Below, one piece after another: positions 45,076 to 54,700 of a stretch of DNA of 64,000 nt; positions within the stretch are counted from its first letter, which is position 1, and every line of letters begins with the position of its first letter. This DNA is from Nannocystales bacterium (GTDB lineage Bacteria > Myxococcota_A > Polyangia > Nannocystales > Nannocystaceae). The notes beneath the pieces are model-generated. The model was given only the letters and a program-made list of their open reading frames with translations. It did no database searches and was not told the origin of the DNA. The translations under genes were made by a program, and so were the position numbers. The stretch lies in NCBI GenBank assembly GCA_050633305.1, contig JBOEGF010000012.1:98385-162384 (forward strand), in the 5' to 3' direction.

Positions 45076-45775
45076 GACCTTCTTGGTCCTTCAAAACGAC
45101 CGTCCGGCCGTTGAGGTCCAGGAGACTCTTCTTCTTGAACTGCGCCAAGGTCAGCGAAATCGTCTCGCGTGTGGAGCCGATGAGGTTCGCCATCTCTTGG
45201 TGCGTGATCTTCAGGCCGATCTGCAGGCCGTCTTCGCATTCCACCCCGTACTCTTCGCCGAGGTCGAGCAGGAGCGCGGCCAACTTGGCCTGCACATCGC
45301 GAAAGACGAGGTGCTCGAGCTTGGTCTCGATCTGGCGCCGCCGGTCTCCGACGATGCAGGCGAAATTGAAGCAGAGCTTGTTGTCGGTCTGAAGGAGCTC
45401 GGTGAAGAGCTCCCGTGGCACCTCGGTGATGATCGCGTTCTTCATCGCCTCGGCCATCTCGTCCCGAGGCGTTCCATCGATGATGCAGAGCTCGCCGAAG
45501 AGCTGACCGGCTCCCCGGTAGGCAAGTGTCAGCTCTTTCCCGTCACGTGTGACCTTGCTGCACTTGACCCGACCACCGTTGATGAAAAACACCCGGTCTC
45601 CGGGATCGCCTGGCAGGTAGATGACCTGGCGCCTGGGAATCTCGCGGATCTCGACCGCTGCAGCCAGCTGTTGAAGGCGGCCCTGATCGACACCCTCGAG
45701 GAGGGGAATCTTGCGCAGGTACCACATTGCGCGCTTCTCATCCTTGGCCGGATCTTCTTTTGCGCCGCGAGCCAT
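45059..45775 (-). CDS. Crp/Fnr family transcriptional regulator
   Basis: cNMP-binding domain (FGE...R) and HTH ITHQEMANLIGSTRETIS. Confidence 0.95.
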   Translation of the reverse strand: MARGAKEDPAKDEKRAMWYLRKIPLLEGVDQGRLQQLAAAVEIREIPRRQVIYLPGDPGDRVFFINGGRVKCSKVTRDGKELTLAYRGAGQLFGELCIIDGTPRDEMAEAMKNAIITEVPRELFTELLQTDNKLCFNFACIVGDRRRQIETKLEHLVFRDVQAKLAALLLDLGEEYGVECEDGLQIGLKITHQEMANLIGSTRETISLTLAQFKKKSLLDLNGRTVVLKDQEGLTAMK

Positions 45776-45817
45776 ATGCGTCCGCACTGTACGCCACTTC
45801 ACGAAGACGTACAATCC

Positions 45818-45833
45818 TGTTAGCCCGGCAACA
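45818..45833. promoter_or_regulatory. Candidate CRP-family operator (TGT-N10-ACA)
   Basis: TGTTAGCCCGGCAACA between the divergent crp-family gene and the pilin operon. Confidence 0.45.
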
Positions 45834-45857
45834 TCCTTCAGCCGGCCCGTCGGGCCA

Positions 45858-45873
45858 CGGCACGCCGATTGCA
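45858..45873 (+). promoter_or_regulatory. Sigma-54 promoter (-24/-12) of minor pilin operon
   Basis: CGGCACG-CCGA-TTGCA versus consensus TGGCACG-N4-TTGCW. Confidence 0.75.
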
Positions 45874-46009
45874 ATGATTTACGGGTGCTTTGATGTCGAC
45901 GCCGCACCAGCGCGGGCCACAGGGGCCCTCCAACGACATTTGCCCAGTCAATCCAACACGTTCGCTCTCCCCGCGTCCCACCCGCGGCGGACCTCAAAAC
46001 GGCCCACCT

Positions 46010-46654
46010 ATGCAAAGAGTTCACAGTGGTCGCGACGCTTTTCGGCCCCGTCGTGCCCGAGGACTGGCCGGCTCGCGCGGTTTCACGCTGATCGAGCTGA
46101 TGGTCACGGTGGCGATCCTTTCGATTCTCGCCGCGGCCGCACTCACCGGCTTCCGCCAGGATCAGGTTCGTAGCCAGTACAAGCGGTTTATCGACGACGC
46201 GCGAGGTGCGCTCCAAACCGCACGGAACGCGGCGATCGACGACCAAACGCTGGTGGACGTCGAGGTCACAGCGACGGAGATCCGAGTCAACCGGCTCGAC
46301 CAAGCAACCGACATTTGGGAGCCGGTCATGCGGGTTGCGCTGGATCGCCCCACGACGGAGTTGCTCGAGATGGAGAACCGCGTCTGCGTGTTCGGATTCG
46401 CCTCCGGGGTGCAGACGCCGGCCCAGGCCGAAGATGCGCCGCCTCCGGGGGGTTGTGTGGCTGAGATGCAGGTCCTCCGTTTCCAGCCGGACGGAAGCTT
46501 CGTCGACCGCGACTCCAACTTCACCACGATTGAGAATGCTGGAGTCACGCTGTGGATCGCCAACCAGCAGGTCTCCGGCAACACGAAGCTCGCCATGATT
46601 CAGATGTTTCCCGGCGGACTCATTCGCGCCTTCGACCGGACGAGCCAGGAATGA
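46010..46654 (+). CDS. Type IV minor pilin, FimU/FimT-like
   Basis: Class III signal G|FTLIEL; LQTARNAAI; RFQPDG. Confidence 0.85.
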   Translation: MQRVHSGRDAFRPRRARGLAGSRGFTLIELMVTVAILSILAAAALTGFRQDQVRSQYKRFIDDARGALQTARNAAIDDQTLVDVEVTATEIRVNRLDQATDIWEPVMRVALDRPTTELLEMENRVCVFGFASGVQTPAQAEDAPPPGGCVAEMQVLRFQPDGSFVDRDSNFTTIENAGVTLWIANQQVSGNTKLAMIQMFPGGLIRAFDRTSQE

Positions 46655-47328
46655 TGAATCGCTCCAGCCTGACCACACGCCGACTTGCGGCGCAGCGCGG
46701 TTTTACGCTCATGGAGGTCCTGGTGGCCTTGGTGGTGTTTGCGATCTCGGTCGTCGGCCTTGTGGCACTCGAGTCGCGGAGCATCGATTCGCAGCGGGCC
46801 GCGCAACAGCTGCGCGAGGGCGAGCGCATCGCCCAGCAGACGATGGCGAACATCACCTCGCGCGGATTTCTCGAACTCGTCGCTCGTGACTTCGCCGGTA
46901 ACGACAACCCAGCGTTCCCCTATGACGACGAGGGGGTCGACCCTGGGCTTCGCCTACGCGACTTTCACCGGCCGCCCGCCGACATCCCCGCTGCTGAGGT
47001 GGTGGTGGGTGAGGTTCGCGGGCAGTACCTCGTTTCGCGACGTGTGGATTGGGTGGTGAACCCGCTCAATCAACCGACCGCAAACCCACCGCCGGTCGCA
47101 GAGTGGACCCTCGTCACGGGGGTCGAAGTGGACATCACGGTGATGTGGATCGATGACACGAACCCTGCATTTCCGCCTCCAGACGGCATGCGGACCATCG
47201 ACCTCGACCCTGCGATGACCGACCCCGCCAGCCCGACGTTCTCCCCCTTCGTAGGCCATGTACGGCTGCGTACGGTTCGGGTGAACGACGCGGTCCTTCC
47301 TCCCGCAGACGGAGTCCCTGGGCCATGA
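46651..47328 (+). CDS. Type IV minor pilin, PilV-like
   Basis: G|FTLMEVLVALVV; ATGA overlap; cluster position. Confidence 0.85.
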   Translation: MMNRSSLTTRRLAAQRGFTLMEVLVALVVFAISVVGLVALESRSIDSQRAAQQLREGERIAQQTMANITSRGFLELVARDFAGNDNPAFPYDDEGVDPGLRLRDFHRPPADIPAAEVVVGEVRGQYLVSRRVDWVVNPLNQPTANPPPVAEWTLVTGVEVDITVMWIDDTNPAFPPPDGMRTIDLDPAMTDPASPTFSPFVGHVRLRTVRVNDAVLPPADGVPGP

Positions 47329-48998
47329 CGGACGGGACGGACGGAACCTCTGGCAGCCACGGCATGAACGGCATGAACCGAAACGCGCGAACCTCACGGG
47401 TCCCATGGAGCACCAGCGTCGGCCACCGCGGCTTCACGCTGATCGAGCTCATGGTGGCGATGGTTGTGTCCTCGATCGTGGTGCTCGGCATCTTCGCCTT
47501 CTCGAGCATTCAGCAGACGACCACGGGTATCCACGAGCGAAACGTTCGGATCCAGCAAGCCCTCGAAGGCGCGATGTACAGCGTCGGGCAGGACGTGCGT
47601 GCGGCCGGGATGGGTTGGTCGCGTCTGTGCACCGAACTGCGGGTTTGGGATGGCGCCAACAACCGATTGATCAATCCGGGCGGTGCAATCAACGCAGGAG
47701 CAGCGACGGTCGATGCTGTCACCGGTGAGGCCTACTGGGTGCTGCGTGATGGGATCCAGGGCTTCTGGGACTCGGGGCCCGCTGGGAGCATTCTCGGCGC
47801 CGGCGGTGCAGAGGCCAGCTCGGCGCGCCCCGACGCGGCCGGCGACGCGCTCGACGTGATCGTAGCCGAAGCCAACTACACCGGGAGCATCGGCGTGTTC
47901 TCGCTGTCGACGTCGATGAGCGGCGCCGACACGGTCATCCAAGTTCGAACCGGTCCCGCACTGGACTCCGCAAACCCGAACCACCTGGCCGAAGTCCAGC
48001 AGATGTTCCCGCCGGGCTCCTTCGTGGTGGTCGTCAACCCGCCGCTGCTCTCCTTCCGCGCGGAGCAGCAGCAGCAGTGCATCTTGTTGCAGCTCACCGG
48101 TGACGTGGCCGCGGGTCCCACCGCGCAGGAGTTCCAACTCCCCATCGATGGAGGCTCGGGGTTCAACAACCTCGCCGGGTTGCTCAACGACAACAACGGC
48201 ACACCCGCGGGAGACGATTGGGATCCGGGGACGGTCAACAGCACCCAGGCCAGTGTCATCCCCATGGGGCGAATTCGCTGGTCTCGGTACGAGATCGACT
48301 ACAGCCTCCCGCGGATTCCGTATCTGGTCCGCTACGACATCATCGGGTTCCAAGACGGCGTCGATCCGGGCAACTTGGGCGCGGTCGACTATCCGCACTG
48401 TGATGCGGGCACCTGTCCGATGCCGGGCCTGCATCTGCCCGGAAGTGAGCCTCCGCCTCAAGCTGTGGCCATTGGGCCGATGATCGAGGACATGCAGGTC
48501 TCTGTCGGGTGCGATGGATACACGCCCGCGGGAGTCGCGGCGGCCGACGCGACGATCAACGACCCTGCGCTCGGGTTCGAGGAGCAAGGCCCCGCCGAGG
48601 GTCCATTTGCCGGGGTTTCCAACCGAACCGTCGACGAGAACACGCCCGGCAGCAACGAGCGGGACTCGGACGAGTGGCTCGGCAACGCTGTCGAGGAGGC
48701 GTGGGCACCCGATTGTGTGTTCTATGGCACCGCCGAGTACGACGCCGCCGGATGGGAAGGGATCGAGGGGGTTCAGAACCCGCCGCCGCCCCACCGGATG
48801 AGCCCGCAGACCGTACGCGTCACCCTCGTGGCATCGGGCGAGTACGACGAAGAAGGTGGGGGCCTCGGCACCGACCAAGTCCTCGCGGTCGAGGACCGGC
48901 CGCCCATGACGTCGGAGGTCGGCGTCCGCCAGAGATTCACGCTCACCGAGCGTTTTAGTCCGGAGAACCTGCGCTGGCGGGATCCCCAAATCGAGTAG
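47325..48998 (+). CDS. Type IV minor pilin, PilW-like (large)
   Basis: G|FTLIELMVAM, DVRAAG, IEDMQV; true start may be 47363 or 47373-region. Confidence 0.85.
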   Translation: MTDGTDGTSGSHGMNGMNRNARTSRVPWSTSVGHRGFTLIELMVAMVVSSIVVLGIFAFSSIQQTTTGIHERNVRIQQALEGAMYSVGQDVRAAGMGWSRLCTELRVWDGANNRLINPGGAINAGAATVDAVTGEAYWVLRDGIQGFWDSGPAGSILGAGGAEASSARPDAAGDALDVIVAEANYTGSIGVFSLSTSMSGADTVIQVRTGPALDSANPNHLAEVQQMFPPGSFVVVVNPPLLSFRAEQQQQCILLQLTGDVAAGPTAQEFQLPIDGGSGFNNLAGLLNDNNGTPAGDDWDPGTVNSTQASVIPMGRIRWSRYEIDYSLPRIPYLVRYDIIGFQDGVDPGNLGAVDYPHCDAGTCPMPGLHLPGSEPPPQAVAIGPMIEDMQVSVGCDGYTPAGVAAADATINDPALGFEEQGPAEGPFAGVSNRTVDENTPGSNERDSDEWLGNAVEEAWAPDCVFYGTAEYDAAGWEGIEGVQNPPPPHRMSPQTVRVTLVASGEYDEEGGGLGTDQVLAVEDRPPMTSEVGVRQRFTLTERFSPENLRWRDPQIE

Positions 48999-49065
48999 CC
49001 CTTCGAGCGCTGCCCGAGAGCCAATCGCAAGCCCATCGTATCTCAACCGAGTCAGCGAGCCGTCC

Positions 49066-49854
49066 ATGCAGACCCAACGTCCAACTTCTCTTTCCGCCGC
49101 CGCGATCGCTCGTCAGCGCGGCGTCACCATGGTCAGCGTCATGCTGATGACCGTGTCGCTGATGACACTCGGTCTGCTCGCCGTGCGCTCCTCGGTGCGC
49201 GAGGCCACGGAGGCGGGGCAGCTCGTGTCTCGCGAGCGCGCCCTCATGGTCGCGCAGGCCGCCGTCGACCTCGCCTCCGCGCAGTACGTGCAGTACGAAG
49301 AGGATCAGATCGACCAGGCGCTGCTCGGGTTCAATGGCCAGGGGGCGGCGTGTTCCGACCCGCTTGCCGACTGCATTCCGGGGCTCGACCCGGCTTCGGT
49401 CACCGGTCAGCGCAACGACGTCCTCGCCGGTTCTGCTGTCGGTTGTGGGGGGCAGGTCTGCATGCGGCAAGGCTCGGTGGCGTTCCTGCGGAACTCGGCC
49501 GGCGTTCAAGAAAGCTGGGCAGACGTTCCGTTCCGTGACCTCGTCCCCAACGGTGACCCCGATGCGCGGGTGACCGTCTGGGTTCGGAACAATGCGGCCG
49601 ATGCCCTCGGGGTTGGCGGTTCCGGGGTCTGGACCGACGACTCGGACGGTCAGGTTGTGGTGACGGCACAGGCCCGGGTCCGGCAGACCGTCGTGACCAT
49701 CGAGCAAGAAATCGCGCTGTCGGTCGGTGCTGGTCTTCAGGTCCTGCAGCCACAGAGCCCCGATGAGGGCTACGGCGGTGGGCACAACAACGACAACTCC
49801 GCTGTCTCGGTCTGCACCGACGACTATGTGGCCGGTGCGGCCGCCACTCCCTGA
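49066..49854 (+). CDS. Type IV minor pilin, PilX-like
   Basis: RQRG|VTMVSVML lacks Glu5; ALMVAQAAV; cluster position. Confidence 0.75.
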   Translation: MQTQRPTSLSAAAIARQRGVTMVSVMLMTVSLMTLGLLAVRSSVREATEAGQLVSRERALMVAQAAVDLASAQYVQYEEDQIDQALLGFNGQGAACSDPLADCIPGLDPASVTGQRNDVLAGSAVGCGGQVCMRQGSVAFLRNSAGVQESWADVPFRDLVPNGDPDARVTVWVRNNAADALGVGGSGVWTDDSDGQVVVTAQARVRQTVVTIEQEIALSVGAGLQVLQPQSPDEGYGGGHNNDNSAVSVCTDDYVAGAAATP

Positions 49855-49944
49855 CCTCGAGACCCTCTCTGCATTCTTCCCGGCTCTGCGTACGCCGTCG
49901 TCCATTCGGACGGCGGCGTTTGTCGTTGTATCCTCGTCCTTGCG

Positions 49945-51483
49945 TTGGCCACCGACATCGAACTCCCCGCACCGCTGCGAAAGCTCCTGCTCAGCAACGA
50001 CCTGCAAGTCGATGCGCCTTTCGACCGGCGGATCTTTACGAATCGCGACCTCAACCTCGACCGCGTCAGCATGTTCGGGTTTGACATGGACTACACGCTG
50101 GCGATCTACCTTCAGGATGCGCTGGAGCGCCTTTCGCTGGAGTCGACGACGAGTAAGCTCCTGGCGCGGGGGTATCCCGCCGAGATCGGCAACGCCGACC
50201 CGGATCCGCGATTCGCGATCCGCGGACTGATGGTCGACAAGAAGCTGGGCAACATCATCAAGCAGGACCGGCACGGGTACGTGGGGCGCGGGTACCACGG
50301 CGTCCGCAAGCTCTCCGACGAGGATCGGCGTCCGTACCGCGACCAGCGACTCGGGATGGAACTCGAACGCTTCGCTCCGGTTGACACGCTCTTCGCGTTG
50401 CCGGAGGTCACGCTCTACGCCCAAGCCGTCGAGCTCATCGACCGTCACCCCGAGCTGTGGCCGGACAAGAAACCGCCGAGCTACACCAAGGCGTGGAACG
50501 ACGTGCGCGAGTGCATCGACGAGGCCCACCGTGACGGCTCGATCAAGGATCTGATCCGTGAGAACCCCGCCGAGTACATCGAGCAGGATCCGGAACTCCC
50601 GCGGACGCTGCACAAGTTCCGTTCTGCGGGCAAAAAGCTGTTCCTGCTGACCAACAGCTACTTCACGTACTCCAACGCCGTGATGAACTTCTTGCTCGGC
50701 GGCAAGATGAACTCCTATCCCGACTGGTTCTCCTACTTTGACTGGGTGGTCGTTGGGGCCAAGAAACCCGGGTTCTTCACCGATGGCGCGCCGTTCCAAG
50801 AACTCGACCGCGAGGGACACGAGGTCGGAAAACCGCGGCAGGACGTGCAGCGCGGCAAGATCTACCAAGGCGGGAATCAGCTCGGACTGCAGGCCTCGTT
50901 TGGATGTCACGGCGACGAGGTGCTCTACGTCGGCGATCACATCTACGGCGACATCGTGAAGAGCAAGAAGAGCTCCGGTTGGCGCACCGCGCTGGTCGTC
51001 CAGGAGTTGCAGCACGAGCTCCGGGTCGCGCGCGCCCGCGGAATGACACTGCAGGAGATCGAGAGCCTGTATCGACTGCGTAGCCAGCTCGCCGAGCAGG
51101 TCAGCGCGCTGCGTCACGTGTCGCGGGTTCTGGGACGACTGCCCCTCGAGCAGCTGACCGAAGAAGGTGCGTTGACCGCCTCCGAGGGCTCCGAGATGCT
51201 CGAGGAGACGCAGGCCAAGGTGCGAGTACGGCTCGATCGACTGCGGGCGTACGAGGCCGAGACCGTCGAGACTCTCGAGAAACGAACGCAAGAGGTCGAC
51301 GAGGCCTTCAACCCCTATTGGGGGAGCAGCTTCTCCGAGCGGCACGACACCAGCCGGTTCGGGGCGCAGGTCGAGAACTACGCGTGCATCTACACCTCTC
51401 GGGTCAGCAACCTGCGCTTTGTGTCGCCGGCCAAGTACTTCTTGTCGCCACATGGGTCCCTCCCCCACACGTCGGTGAGATGA
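49945..51483 (+). CDS. HAD-superfamily (cN-II/IG-type) 5'-nucleotidase
   Basis: GFDMDYTLA, LFLLTNS, AKKPGFF, YVGDHIYGDI, GWRT, YACIYTSRVSN. Confidence 0.93.
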   Translation: MATDIELPAPLRKLLLSNDLQVDAPFDRRIFTNRDLNLDRVSMFGFDMDYTLAIYLQDALERLSLESTTSKLLARGYPAEIGNADPDPRFAIRGLMVDKKLGNIIKQDRHGYVGRGYHGVRKLSDEDRRPYRDQRLGMELERFAPVDTLFALPEVTLYAQAVELIDRHPELWPDKKPPSYTKAWNDVRECIDEAHRDGSIKDLIRENPAEYIEQDPELPRTLHKFRSAGKKLFLLTNSYFTYSNAVMNFLLGGKMNSYPDWFSYFDWVVVGAKKPGFFTDGAPFQELDREGHEVGKPRQDVQRGKIYQGGNQLGLQASFGCHGDEVLYVGDHIYGDIVKSKKSSGWRTALVVQELQHELRVARARGMTLQEIESLYRLRSQLAEQVSALRHVSRVLGRLPLEQLTEEGALTASEGSEMLEETQAKVRVRLDRLRAYEAETVETLEKRTQEVDEAFNPYWGSSFSERHDTSRFGAQVENYACIYTSRVSNLRFVSPAKYFLSPHGSLPHTSVR

Positions 51484-51519
51484 CGACATCGGGGGCGGGT
51501 GAGTTCGGCCCAATCTGAC

Positions 51520-51535
51520 TGGCCCAGGTGTTGCA
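51520..51535 (+). promoter_or_regulatory. Sigma-54 promoter upstream of pilY1-like gene
   Basis: TGGCCCA-GGTG-TTGCA, correct GG-N10-GC spacing. Confidence 0.65.
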
Positions 51536-51754
51536 CAGCTCAGGACCCGGACGGAGCCTCCGTCCAAGAGTCCTATGAAGGAGCCGTCAGACCTACGTTT
51601 GCGATGTGCGCGCCGCTCGGCTGCGCAACCGTTCGTAGGTCCTATGCATCGTTTTCATAGTGATTGCGACGCTCTGGACAAGCCCTTCGGCCGGCTTGTC
51701 ATTCGACCCCGTTCTCGAGTCGCGCCCCTGTGAGGGCACCCTGAGGAACTCGCC

Positions 51755-54700
51755 ATGCGTAACCCCGTACACCCGACGCGAACCGTTCACCTCCTGACCC
51801 GTATGGGCCGCATCGGCGCGACCTGGGCGGGGCTGGGCCTGATGGTCCTCATGCTCTGGCTCGGCCAGGCCGGTTCCTCTCAAGCTCGACTGGACGCGTA
51901 CTACGTCGTTCGGGGAGCGGCGTTTGGGACCGTCTCGCCTCGGGTCCTCTTCGTCCTCGATACCTCGGGTTCGATGAGCCGCCGGGCCAGCGCTGGGGCG
52001 GGGCGCTGTCGGTGGTCTCGATGCGAGAGCCCGGACTTTTACGACACCACCGAAGAGAGCCGGATCTCTGCGGCACGCCGTGCGATTCGGACGGTCGTCG
52101 ATGGGGCAGGGGAGAGCGCGCAGTTCTCGTTGATGACGTTTGTGCAGAACGTCGCGGAGACGCAGGCGCCACCTCCGATGTGCGAGACGTATGGGGACCC
52201 GGCGGTGCCGACCCGGTTCGTCTGGACGAACGTCTTCAACGACTGGTCGGGGACACTGTGGTGGATCCTTCGGACCGAAGGGGGACCAAACGACTACGCA
52301 GGTGGACTTCGCTTGTGCCAGGGCGATGCTCGTCGACCGTATGCGTACATCCGCTGGGATGAGCTCGGCACCGGCTCGGTCATCGGTGGGAACAACGAGG
52401 CGGGTCCGGTTCCCGACTCCCCTCTCATCAGCCTGGCCGAGGCGGACTACAGCGACATCTCGACCCTGCAGCGACGGGTTCAGTTCTTCCCAACGTTCAT
52501 GGGTGTTCGAGCCCAGCTCAATGCGGTGACCGACCCGGACCAAGACATTCTCAATGGAAGCGTCGGCGACTACGATCGCACGACCGAGGTCTGGAACCAG
52601 GACTTCTACTACTGGCCGTACGTCGACGGATTCTCCGGCTACGCGACGCTGAATGTCTTCGATTTGGACGTCGATAACGGCCTCGTCAGCGGCTACGACG
52701 GGTCTGTCCGGGCTGGTGTTGCGGGCGACAACGATTGGGTCGCGGGGGTCGAGTTGCATGCTCCGTTCTTCGTCGACCTTTCGGATGCGCTCCCCGCGAT
52801 CCCCGCCGACGACTGGGGGCCTGCGGACGAGGCACAGGCTCTTGCGCTTGCGCAAGGTCGGACGGGGCCGCTGATCGAAGGTGGTGTCGACGCGACCGGC
52901 GGTACACCTTGGCGTTCCGCGGTGGGTATCGAGCCTGGGACTCCGGAAAACCCCACCCCGGTCGTCCGAGAGAACGATGTCGGGTCGCACCCTTCGATCG
53001 CCTCCTATCTCGCCTTCCTCAACACCGTCGCAGAGAGTTCCGCCTGCGCGCCGACCAACGTCGTGCTGCTGACGGACGGAAACCCATCCGGCGGGGAGGG
53101 GGGCGCGGGGCTGTATGCCAACTTGGCAGCGCTTCGCAATGACCTGGGCGCTTCGGTGTACGTGGTCGGCTTCTTTGTCGATGGCGGTGAGCTCAACAAC
53201 ATGGCATGTGCGGCCGCGGGAGCCTGCGATGGTGCGAGCTGCGGGTCTCCGTGCGATGACGACTCCGCGCAGGACTGGGATACGTGCAGCGACCCGGACA
53301 ACCCCGGCACGGCGTGTGCGTTTGTGGCCTCCAGCACCGCGCAACTCGAGGCGATTTTCGCGGGCATCATCGATGACGCCCTCGACGTGAACGTCGACTC
53401 CGGACAGGGATCCGTGGTCAACGAGTTTGGAGCGACTGGACTCGCCGACGGGGTCGTCGCGGTGCAGACCGTGTTCAGCGCGAGCACGGACTACCCCGGC
53501 TGGACCGGTCACGTCGAGCGACGGTACTGCGAGATCTACGACGAGTTCGATGTGCTGGTGCCAACGTGCCAGCCTCCTTCGCCGGAGTTTGAGCCCGACT
53601 TGGAGGCCGCGTTCGAGACCTTTGGCGCCGGCTGCGACATGGGTCGCGACTGGGACGCCGGTGAGTGTCTCCGGGATACGACCTGGAGCGACCGCCGAAT
53701 CTACTCGCACGATGCGAGCAACAACGTCTATCGGATCAGCAACGTGGATGGCAGCGCCTCGGGTCAGTTCATCTCCGAGCTGACGACGTTGGGCCACATC
53801 TCAGGACCGGACGCGGACGATGACGCTGACGACATCGTCGCGTTCCTGCTCGGCAGGGACGCACCGGGGGACTGGAAGCTCCCCGGTGTGAGCAACTCGT
53901 CGCCGATCACGGTGCGCCGGGTGCCCGAGTACGATGAGACGCGTCTGCCCGAGGTCGCGATCACCGACCCCCACTGTGCGGGTCGTACCTTCGGTGAACT
54001 CGATGCTGGCAGCCTCCCCAACTCCCTCGAGCAGTTCGCGCTCGACTCGTGGGACGAAGACGAGGCTCCCAACTACGCGTACCAAGAGGCGGTCGTCGTG
54101 GGGGATGACTACGGCATCATCCACGCGTTCCAGCTCGACTCCGGGAACGAACTGTTCGGGCTGATCCCGCGCTTCGCGTTGGGGAATGCTGTGGCGCAGT
54201 CGGCAAACGGTCCACTCAACATGGGGCAGCCGGCCGACGATCTCGAAAACCACGAGTTCGGCGTGTCCTCGACGCTCAACCACGGATGGGCTTTCGATTC
54301 CGACGAGTCGCGTTGGCGCCATCTGGGCATCATCGGCATGGGTGCTGGGGGAACCGAGTACATCGCACTCGACCTCAGCCACATGAACCCGTTGTTGGGT
54401 CTACCGGTTGAGGTGCTGTGGACCACCGAGGACACGGAACTTGCAGGCGAGGATCTCGCCACCGCTTACGAGCCGATCCTCGGGGAGACGTGGGCTCGAC
54501 CTGCGCTCACGTATCACGTGACCAACGAGCAGCTCGCAAGCGAGCCCGAGACGTTCCTTGTCGCAGGGAGTGGCTACCCCGAAGACGGAGACCTCGGCGA
54601 CGAGGGGCGCGTGTTGTTCGTCGCCAATGCGATGACCGGCGAGCTCCTCGAGCAGGCAACACTGCCTGCGGAGGGGGACGTCTACGAGGACGTGTTCGGC

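Noticed and set aside
51575..51733. 52-codon ORF in the pilY1 leader
   Set aside because: Atypical codon usage and no recognisable SD; the RNA structure explains the region better
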